From NCBI GenBank assembly GCA_028023455.1, contig JAQFVV010000001.1, forward strand, positions 1,612,001 through 1,676,000: DNA of 64,000 bases, written 5' to 3'. Under the pieces are notes generated by a model. That model was not told where the DNA came from, made no database searches, and worked only from the letters and a program-made list of their open reading frames with translations. Shown here one piece after another: positions 54,201 through 64,000 of this stretch; the stretch's first letter is position 1, and every line of letters starts with the position of its first letter. The position numbers were made by a program, and so were the translations under genes. Source of the stretch: Epiperipatus broadwayi. Its lineage: Eukaryota; Animalia; Onychophora.

Positions 54201-57200
54201 AAGTATGAAATGATAGGACAAGTTGGTGTGATCTCTATTTTGAATCCAAACACAGATACAGTATTGCTCAACAAAGTGAACATTTCATTGTGTAAACAAG
54301 GATAAAAAAATTTCAATTTCTTATTAAAGTTTAGCATTCAGATAGAATATTTATATCAAACTAAATACAACTTGCACTTGTTATCTTTATGTCACTGTGT
54401 TAAAAACAAAACAAATCTCATAATGACACCATGTAATATAACAATGCAAATAATATGCTTAGAGATAATTAATTTGTTTATTTTGTAAACAAAAATGGTA
54501 GAATTTACATTATCCATTATCTCTTGTTTGATTCCACTTCCTGATTTTTAAATGCTTTCCATCTGTTGTTCTCTCTTTCTCATGTCTGATTAATTTCTAT
54601 TCAAGTACATTGATAAAAGAGGTGAACTGATAAATTGAAATAGATTCAATGCAATGACTACTGAATTTAGTTTCATGAGATCATTAAATAACAAATATCA
54701 ATATAATTAGACTGGATAATGAATTGGGCCCGGGGGATTGTAAGTAATAATAGTAATAATTCCATGAGATTTTAAAATAATGTGAATTAAGATATTTGTA
54801 CTTCATTTTTGACAGGAAAAATGTAATACCTAAATAATAATTATTTATTTATATTACATACCAAAGTTTTCATTACTAGTAAATGAATATAAATGTAAAG
54901 AATAAATGTGAACACACATTTATGAAATCTCATCAAACATTTTTAATAAAAAAAAATCAACATTAATTCAACAAATAAAATAATTAATACTAAAGTGACA
55001 GCTATATATGGCAAAATATACATTCATTACATAAAGAATTATATAAAGTTAAATAAATACGAAGTTATGTATTCTACAAATATAGAACATTTGAAACATT
55101 TTTTCTCAAGTCATTAAAAGTTTAACTATTGGTTATTAAATCTGATCTTTTTTTAGAGTGAATTTGATTTTTCTTCCTTTCTTATTTAGAATCAGAATTC
55201 TTGTTATAAATACATAAAACCTTTCTATTTTGTCAGATCTTACAATTTAATATGGTATTTATATATTTTATCAGATATGCTGGAATCTTAAATGTTATTG
55301 TCATTAGAATGAATGAATGTGACCAAATTATTCTTCCTCCAAAAGCATATATATGTAAATATCATTCAAGCAACTCATCTAGTTTTACTTTTTAAAAAAT
55401 TGGAACTGGAAAGTCTGTAAATTCTTTATAATGGAAAAATTATTGGCAATAGAAGACCTTACACTTCATGGTTATTGTAAATATAAAAACTGGAAATTAA
55501 GAACAATTATGAAAATTTCACATTTTCAAATAATATCACTAACCAAAGTGCTTTGCATAGCAAGCATAAGAAATGATGATCATGTGATGTTTATTGGCAT
55601 ATATAAACTACTGATTAAAGAGTCATATATTTCAGATCTAAAGCTAAATTCATAGTTTCTAAATCATATAATCAAATAAATTGACTATCTTTTGTACTCC
55701 CAAAGAATAATTGCAATTAAAATCAAGATTTTATCAGTGAATTTTGGCATCATTATTCATCAAGATTTAGGAAAAAAAGCCATAATCTAATCATAAACTT
55801 AAATTTATTTTTTATATTTCAACATTTAGTTATTTTATTGTATTTCTTTTTTTGTTACATATTTCTGTTAGTTTTTATTGTAAGCATATGTTTTGAAATA
55901 ACATGCAAAGTTTGATTGCTTATAAAACAAGACATATATTACAATGTACATATAAATTTATTAATTATAATGATGAAAGGGCATCAACTTGTTCAGTTTT
56001 GTGCAATGGCACAGTATACATGAAATATACTTTGAGGCTAGAGTAATGTGCCACAATAAGTTTAAATAAAGAAATTTTTTCTTTTATAATTTAAATAATA
56101 AATATTTATGATCAAAATGTGTTTCTAGGAATAAAGGGATTCAGAAATCTAAACATTTTTGTATAATTTTTATTAATTATCAAAACAAAATGGCATCGAT
56201 CCATTTGGTTTGGCATAATGATAAGAGTATATATGTAGTAAATTTTGAGCTCATGCCTAGAAACTTGAAGCCTGGATAATTGTCACAAATAAGTTTAAGT
56301 CAAAAAGTATTCATTTATATTTAAATAAAAAACATTTATATTTCAGAACATATTTCTAACAATGAAATGATTTGAAAATGTAAACAATTTTATTTGCATA
56401 TAAATTTTATTTATTACTTTGGTGTCTTGATGCCCCAGTAGATAAATGCCTTTGTGCCCTGCTCAACTGGCAGCACCTTCATACGATGGCCCCTTTATCT
56501 GAATTTTTTATTCTAACCAAACTAGTTCTGGGGACACATAATATTTAAGGAAATTTTTTAGTCCTGATGCTTTTTTATTTTAATTAAAATATAGGAGATA
56601 TTGTTCTATTTATCCAAATAATGACCTGCAATATGTTTTAAAATACTGTCTGTCTAATAATGCATTAAGTAATTTATGCAATAAAACCATGTGATCATAT
56701 ATATTTATATATTGTAACAATACAAATTGATTGTAAATACCATCATTTGCATTATGAAGCTGACTTGTCACATTAAAGACAGATAATAAAATAATATAAA
56801 TCGATTTGTAATTTTATAGGTTGCAATATATATCTGCATATGTTAGACATATATGCAAAGCACCTAGTTATATGGATTTAAAAAAAAGTAAAGGTGTTTT
56901 ATAGATTAATGTAAAGCCTAGAAAAAGAATGTTGCAGTGCAGTCGTAATTTTTTCTTTTTCTTATTTTTTTTCCCACTCTCCATAAATAAAAGATATTTT
57001 ATAATTATTTAGAAAACAACTATTATTAAAATCTGAATGTGAACAGAAACATGTTTTTTTTTTGTAATTAAAATATTGTATTTAAAATCGAGATAAAGAT
57101 GTTTTGGGAATTGTTCCAATGTAAATTAATCCAGGATCAATTAGTTTGTCCAGTGTGGGAGAATATATCCAAAAGCTGAAAATAATGGGATATGGTGCCA

Positions 57201-58188
57201 TTGCTATAAGACAAAATTATAAATAAGTCTGAGAACAACAACAGTAATTTTTAGTCTTGAATCAGAGAAAACAGTGCAGACTGATTTCAGAAGAGAAGAG
57301 AGAAAATGCCAAGAGAAATAGAGGCAGTTATTAGCAGCAAGATATCAGAAAAGGTGAAAGATTACAACCAGCCAAAGAATAAGTATGCAGCAGGTGATGT
57401 AATTTTATCTTTAGTTGAAAAGGGAGACTATTAATTAAAATAGTTTTTCTACAGATTAGAATAGCTTTACATTGCTGACTGTTTAAGAAGTATTCTTCAT
57501 ACTATGTCTAATAGCAATTATGACAATATTTTCTACCAGAAAACAACTTGTCATGTGTGGCTAAAGAACTGAAGAAAAACCACTCAGACACCTACAACTA
57601 TGTAGTTTTATTTAGATATGAATATTGTTTGTGCATAAGAATACAACTTTGCCTGATTACAAGAAGAAAATCATGTTATAAGAAAAGAAGATGATTCTGC
57701 TGTGAGATCTATTATGCACTTGCCTATAGTAACATTCATTTCCTTGGTCTACAGTCATTGATATCTAAGAACATTAAAGGACTATTGGTAAAAGATTAGC
57801 ACACTGGGTAGAATGTAAGATTATAGCAACAAAAATCATGGTAAAAATATTTTTTATATAAAATTGTTCTTTTATATTTGAATATAAGACATTAGAATTA
57901 ATATTAGTATGGCTTATGTATATTTATAACTATATTTAAATTTAATGTTTAGGAATATTTTTTAATTTCAATGTTTTGTATTTATTTTATGATTTTAAAA
58001 TAATTGAGAATAAATAAGCAATATTTTTATTTTATTTTATGATTATTATAAATGTATTGTTGTTTTGTTATCAAATTTAGTTATTTTGCTGCTCCCAAAT
58101 TCTTTCCAAACATATGCAATTAATATATCACTAAATCTAAGAAGTCATGCAATCTTCTGGGGGATATTTCTGGGATAAGAAACATACA
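42288..58188 (-). repeat. Right arm of the ~32.5-kb inverted repeat, ending at the assembly gap
   Basis: Same anchors. The inner end tatgtgatgaaataaattaa (42288) pairs with ttaatttatttcatcacata (ending 41558). Confidence 0.95.
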
Positions 58189-58688
58189 NNNNNNNNNNNN
58201 NNNNNNNNNNNNNNNNNNNNNNNNNNNNNNNNNNNNNNNNNNNNNNNNNNNNNNNNNNNNNNNNNNNNNNNNNNNNNNNNNNNNNNNNNNNNNNNNNNNN
58301 NNNNNNNNNNNNNNNNNNNNNNNNNNNNNNNNNNNNNNNNNNNNNNNNNNNNNNNNNNNNNNNNNNNNNNNNNNNNNNNNNNNNNNNNNNNNNNNNNNNN
58401 NNNNNNNNNNNNNNNNNNNNNNNNNNNNNNNNNNNNNNNNNNNNNNNNNNNNNNNNNNNNNNNNNNNNNNNNNNNNNNNNNNNNNNNNNNNNNNNNNNNN
58501 NNNNNNNNNNNNNNNNNNNNNNNNNNNNNNNNNNNNNNNNNNNNNNNNNNNNNNNNNNNNNNNNNNNNNNNNNNNNNNNNNNNNNNNNNNNNNNNNNNNN
58601 NNNNNNNNNNNNNNNNNNNNNNNNNNNNNNNNNNNNNNNNNNNNNNNNNNNNNNNNNNNNNNNNNNNNNNNNNNNNNNNNNNNNNNNN
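58189..58688. other. Assembly gap (500 N)
   Basis: Run of exactly 500 N. Confidence 1.
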
Positions 58689-58726
58689 AAACTTCTTCGT
58701 TCAGTTACGTATTGCTAAAACACTGA

Positions 58727-59912
58727 TTTCCACCAACCAAGAGAACAAGCTGGATTTAAAAGTGGTTTTAGTACAGTAGATCATATCCAGGTATTGAGAG
58801 AAGTTATAGAAAGGACAAATGAATATGAGTTGCCATTATGCTTAGGATTTGTAGATTATGAAAAGGCATTTGATTCTATAAACATTTCTTCAGTGATTAA
58901 AGCATTGGATCATCAAGGTCTAGATCCAGGATATTGTCATATTTTAAAGAATATTTATAAAAATGCAACAGCAACAATTAGATTACATAATGATAGTAGG
59001 AAAATCAACATTGAAAAGGGTGTAAGACAGGGTGACTCCATATCTCCAAAACTTTTTACAGCAGTGCTGCAAGAAGTATTTTGTGGATTAAAATGGTAAA
59101 CTAAAGGAGTGGAAGTAAATGGAGATTATTTAAGTCATTTAGATTTTGCAGATGATGTAGTTGTTTTTGCAAATAATGCTTTAGAGCTGCAGGAAATGTT
59201 GCAGGAGTTATCAGATGAAAGTAGGACTAAAGATAAATGTTAAAAAAACTAAAATAATGTTTAATGGATTTTCTCAAAATATGAAAATAAAGATTAATTA
59301 TGATGAGTTAGAAGAAGTTAACAGCTACAAATACCTTGGTCAGATTATTAATACAGATGGAAACATAATGGATGAAATTAATCATAGAATTAAACTTGGT
59401 TTGAGTGCTTTTGATAGAAATAACTGATACTACAGAGGAAATATGCCTATGTGTTTTGAAAAGAAAGGTTTTTAATAAATGTGTTTTGCCAGTTCTTACT
59501 TATGGATCTGAGACTTGGACACTTGGCAGAAGAGCAATACAGAAACTTCAGACCACTCAAAGAAGTATGGAGAGATGCATGTTGGGAGTAACAAGAAGAG
59601 TAGAAAAACTGTAATGTATGGGTAAAGAAGACAAACAGGTGTTACTGACCTCATTTGAAAAAATTAAAAGACTGAATGGAGTTGGGCTGGACATATTTAC
59701 TGAAGAGATATGATAATAGATGGACAATTGAAATTTTAAACTGGATTTTAGGGGGTTGTAAATGACCCAGAAAGAGACCAAATGTTAGATGGATGGATGA
59801 AATAAGAAAGTGTGCAGGGGTGATGTGGAGAAGAGAAGCTAAAGATAGGAAAAGATGGATTGAACTTGGAGAGACCTTCATTCTGCAGTGGATTGATAAT
59901 GGTTGATGATAA
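58727..59912 (+). mobile_element. Second RTE copy, 3' RT portion (same family as 18530-21440)
   Basis: Aligns with ~20268-21440; FVDYEKAFDS, GVRQGDSISPKLF, LRFADDV; ends gataatggttgatgataat. Confidence 0.92.
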
Positions 59913-60699
59913 TAGTTGCAAAACACCATTAGAATAATTACAAACTAATTATTAATATATTAAGAATTAACATACATAGAACAAGCATATGTTATTGTAC
60001 TTGGATCAAACAACTTGTCAGTTACCATAGAACTTTGAAATTCTCTTTGTCTAAAAGAAGTATTACAAAATAAGTCACTATTTCTGCTTTTTCAGTAACT
60101 GCAACTCTGTGTTGTGCTTCAATGGTATGAAAGTAAAGCCTCTTGGGGCTATTGCATATTTGAATTCACATTATTCATAAAACAGGCCACAGTAAAGTTG
60201 TGCAAATGCATATGGATTATGAGCTACAGATTGGTACATCTCTGGTTTAAGAGACATAAATCTTCTAATAACATAAACATAATTTACTTTGAGTCTGACT
60301 TAAAAATGCATTATTATTGAGCTTTATTGCATCATGTCTTTTCAAAGAAAGAAAAATGTTAAATAATAGATATTTATTGTCTCTAAATCTATCTTGAAAG
60401 ATTGTTTCCTGTAAGTATGCCCTGACTTGAATAGAATGAATATTATTTTGGTTAATAGGAGTAGTTAATATAAATATGAAATGACTATGAGCTTTGTAGT
60501 ATTTATTATCTAATTGTTTTTTTTTTTTCCATGTTGCTGTTGAAGTTTTAGGTTGTCATATATTTGATTTCACTGTGCACTGCATATAAATTCTAAAATT
60601 TTAATTTTTATTTTCCTGATTATCAAAGATGGCACAAAGTTGAAAATTTATTTTCAAAGAGGTCTTAAAATGAATTTATATTTATTATATTGGATATTG

Positions 60700-61500
60700 T
60701 AAATGGTAATGCAGAAGTTATAGTAGTCTGTAAAATGTACATTGTTTTATAACTTATGAAATTGAAGTATATTAGTCAACATTAGAATGCAGAAAAAACT
60801 TTGTCTTCCATTGCAAATTAATGATTATTATTATTTTTTTGTTCAATGTGGTGAAAAAATTATAAAATCATGTGAAGCTCTGTTTACCTCTTACTGTTTG
60901 TATCATAATCAATTATCAAACAAATAATTATTCTTTTTATTTATTTATTTATTGTAAATGAGTAAGTATAGATATTATCAAAAAAGTTATCATTCTTCCT
61001 GTCAGTATAAAATATTTTTTCATTTAAAAAAAATAAGAATTTTAGATTTTGTATCTTTGTCAGGTGAAACATTAGATTTACATCTTGATATATTAGAAAA
61101 ATGCAATAAAGAGAAATTTAGTTTAAGAAATAAATTTGTAGGTCTTTATGCCAAAAATACAAATTTGAATGTCAAGAAGTATTAAAAATAATGTTTGAGG
61201 ATAAGTTGACAATATTTTAAAACATTATTGATATTGGTTTTAGTGCTTGCATAATTCATAACTCTCTCTAGTATGTTGTATAGATTGTTTGCCTAGTAAT
61301 GTTAAATGTTTTAATGCTCAGAAAGAATCTAAGAACAGAAAGTGTTTTTGAATTTTTATAAAAGAAGTAATGTCAATTAATTTAAGCACAGAAAAATATT
61401 TTTTACATTACAACCATTATTAAACATATTTGGTGGCCTTAAATCATAATCTTATGTTAAGTTATGCTGAAAAAACGCATTTGAAAATCTTGCTTTTAAT
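60700..61500 (+). mobile_element. Probable hAT transposase remnant
   Basis: GETLDLHLDILEK...KFVGLYAKNTNLN, then in another frame KNNV...IIDIGFSACIIHNSL, resembling the hAT A.SADNTNTNFG...NVF.KL...GIGC.AHIIHN block. Confidence 0.4.
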
Positions 61501-61597
61501 CTATATATTAGATGTGTTTCATAAATCAAATTTCAGGATTTCAAATCATGGTATAGCTTCTAAAACCTAACGAATCTGATAAAATTAATGTACTTAA

Positions 61598-61830
61598 ATA
61601 GAGGAATTTGAACTCAGGACTTTCCAGTCTATTCATCCTCCACTCTATCTCAAGCAATTGAAACACATGACCACACACATGTGAAAAGATACATAATCCC
61701 CAATATACATATTTTATGCAGAACCAGCACTTATCAGTTGAGCCCGGCCATAATCTCCACACATATATACAATCAGTGCTCAGTTCATATTAAGATCACA
61801 ATTCTTTAAACTTTAATGAACAGAGTTAGA
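61598..61830 (-). mobile_element. Family H copy 6 (minus; head-to-head with copy 7)
   Basis: Degenerate core at 61700-61740; ggaatttgaactcaggactttc at ~61602. Confidence 0.7.
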
Positions 61831-61904
61831 TTAATGTAATGTCTACATGGATATAACTATAATATTAAATCAACAAGACCTTTAAGCATTCCATCATTGG
61901 TTTT

Positions 61905-62150
61905 GCAATGAAATGGATAGTTGGAAGGGTGAGAACATTGAAACCTGTTTATTAAAGTTTGACAAATTGCTATCTTAATATAACCCAAGCACCAATTGTA
62001 TATATGTGTGGGAGATTGATGAGTGCTGATTCTGCACAAAATACATATATTAAGGATCTTTTTTTTTTCCACATATGTGTGGTCATGTGTATCCGTTGTT
62101 TGAGATATAAATAAACTGAAAAATCATGACTTCAAATCCTTTTATTTACA
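61905..62150 (+). mobile_element. Family H copy 7
   Basis: ttgctatcttaatataa...TTGATGAGTGCTGATTCTGCACAAAATACATATA (~62016-62052). Confidence 0.65.
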
Positions 62151-62481
62151 CATACAGGAAACATTCAGTATAACCAAATTGCATACTGCCTTAGAATTAA
62201 TGTAGTTACATTTTCTGAATTTGTTAGATATTTTTATGATATTGAATTGGATGCTATTTAGGAAATGTTCAACTTTAATTGGATATTACAAACAAAATAC
62301 CTGAATGAAGAAGTTTTGGAAAATATAATGTAATTTAAAAATTTATATTAGCTAATAACTATATATTTAACTAATAAATATAATATTTAGGAAAGTGGAG
62401 CAGAGAAGATATTGCTATATCAGATAGATGGTTTAAATATCCAAACTCAACCACAATATTTGTATTTTAAAGATTTTTTTT

Positions 62482-62690
62482 TTCTTAATATAAACTGAGC
62501 ACTGATTATATATATATATGTATGGGAGATGATGATCTGGACCAACCGATGAGTCTGGTTAAGCATGAAATATGTATATTGGAGATCATTCATCTTTTTC
62601 ACATGTATGTTGTCATGTGTGTTGGTTGTATAAAATGGAGTGGATATATGTAGAGAGCTTGAGAGTCTGAGCTCAAATCCTTTCTAATTA
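62482..62690 (+). mobile_element. Family H copy 8
   Basis: Core at 62542-62582: CCAA-CCGATGA-GTCTGGTTAAGCAT-GAAA-TATGTA-TA-TTGG; gagtctgagctcaaatcc at ~62663. Confidence 0.75.
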
Positions 62691-62944
62691 CATTAAGTTC
62701 AGGGTACTGTGGTATTAGAGCTGTGACATGAAGAATTATAATCGTTTAATCATTAAATTAATTAGGTTATTAAATCAAAAACATAAAATCTACATTAAAA
62801 AAAAAAAAACAATTTAACAACAAAAAAAATAAATAGGAAAAGCATTAGTGTAAAGAATAGTTAAAATGCATATTTAAATCAAATTGAGTGTGTGTTTGCA
62901 CGTGCATGTTCTGCATAATCTATTTTAATACATTGTACAGGCTT

Positions 62945-63189
62945 ACACCTGCATTTATATATGTAATATATGCGTGATTCGATCTCAGACTTTCACACGA
63001 CCTTCAACTCTCAGTGCCATCTTATATTGCTGACTCACCTGATCACACACATGTTGAAAAGATAAATAATCACCAATAGACGTATTTCGTGCTAAACCAG
63101 CAATCATCAGTTGGTTCAGATTACCATCTCCACACATATATACAATTAGTACTCAGCTTTATATTAAGATAACTAATTTTCATACTTTA
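62945..63189 (-). mobile_element. Family H copy 9 (minus) with near-intact HHR at 63073-63114
   Basis: Minus strand: CCAA-CTGATGA-TTGCT-GGTTT-AGCAC-GAAA-TACGTC-TA-TTGG. Confidence 0.8.
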
Positions 63190-63345
63190 ATGAGTACTGG
63201 TTTAGCACGAAATACATATATTGGTAATTATTTATCTTTTCAATATCTGTGTGATCAGGTGAGTCATCAATATAAGATGGCACTGGGAGTTGTAGGTCAT
63301 GTGAAAGTCTGAGTGCAGGTGAAAGCCTGTACAATGTATTAAAAT
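63190..63345 (+). mobile_element. Family H copy 10 (5'-truncated; head-to-head with copy 9)
   Basis: ATGA-GTACT-GGTTT-AGCAC-GAAA-TACATA-TA-TTGG at 63190-63224; ends aagcctgtacaatgtattaa. Confidence 0.75.
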
Positions 63346-64000
63346 AGATTATGCAGAATATTCATGTGCAAACACACACTCAATTTGATTTAAACACGCA
63401 TTTTAACTATTTTTCACATTAATGCTTTTTCTATTTTTTTTTTTTTTTGTTAAATTGTTTTTTTTTTTAAAAAAAAATGTAGATTTTATGTTTTTGATTT
63501 AATATCCTAATTAATTTAATAATTAAATGATTATAATTCTTCATGTTGCAGCTCTAATACCACAGTACCCTGAACTTAATGCTATTAGAAAGGATTTGTA
63601 TAGACAATATACTTGTATTTAAATATTAAAATAGAATTTGTATTTTATCTAGGAGGAACTTCAATTCTTAAGGAAGACTATTTTCATTATAAATAATAAT
63701 AGGTAAACTATTAAAAAACAGATTATATAAGTAATGCTAATTTTAAGGCAAAAGTATGATCCTGAATGTGGTCATTTAAATGAAAAAAAATTTTAAATAA
63801 TAATTTAAGAAATAAAATAAAATTTCCAGATAAATAGCTGAAATGATATTCACTGTTACTGGATGCCAAATTGATTAGTATAGGTGTAGTATTAAATTAT
63901 TTTTTTTCTATTTGTATTAACTTAATTTATAAAATATTCAGACTACTTATAATTATTAAGACAAATATCTCCTGCACACAACACAGTAAATAAGTAACCT

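Larger units (their letters stand above)
62675..63597. repeat. ~920-bp imperfect foldback centred on family H copies 9/10
   Basis: aaatcctttctaat...cattaagttcagggtactgtggtattagagc pairs with gctctaataccacagtaccctgaacttaatg...attagaaaggattt. Confidence 0.85.

Noticed and set aside
58147-58779. 210-aa ORF in the ORF track
   Set aside because: It is open only because it runs through the 500-N gap.
58689-64000. Continuation of the giant palindrome beyond the gap
   Set aside because: The sequence after the gap is not the reverse complement of the region left of 25681, and the RTE there has the same orientation as the left RTE.
1-64000. CRISPR array, rRNA or prokaryotic operon
   Set aside because: No regularly spaced repeat-spacer array, rRNA-like sequence or dense intact ORFs; the content is eukaryotic transposon-rich DNA.

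Overview
Very AT-rich eukaryotic DNA, probably an invertebrate animal (inference from composition and transposon spectrum). No intact host protein-coding gene is recognisable, and the window is mostly decayed mobile elements. These are a Penelope-like element (PLE; RT + GIY-YIG) in the typical partial-tandem arrangement (~10-3530), a Tc1/mariner remnant, a Gypsy pol remnant, two RTE-clade LINE copies, probable Gypsy-gag and hAT remnants, a tRNA-Gly(TCC) pseudogene and many foldback/MITE-like inverted repeats. Two structures stand out. (1) A ~32.5-kb palindrome: 25681-41558 is the reverse complement of 42288-58188, with a 729-bp spacer. The outer arms are very similar, the inner ~1.1 kb is much more diverged, and the right arm ends exactly at a 500-N scaffold gap, so a real inverted duplication and a haplotype/assembly fold-back both remain possible. 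(2) A set of hammerhead-ribozyme (HHR) sequences. About ten copies of a short non-coding family combine a minimal type I HHR (consensus CCAA-CTGATGA-GTGCT-GGTTT-AGCAC-GAAA-TACGTA-TA-TTGG) with a tRNA-like B-box, and they occur as a tandem dimer and as head-to-head inverted pairs. There is also a near-perfect 497-bp hairpin made of two PLE 3' ends, each with an apparently intact HHR. Identities are estimated by eye and no database search was run.
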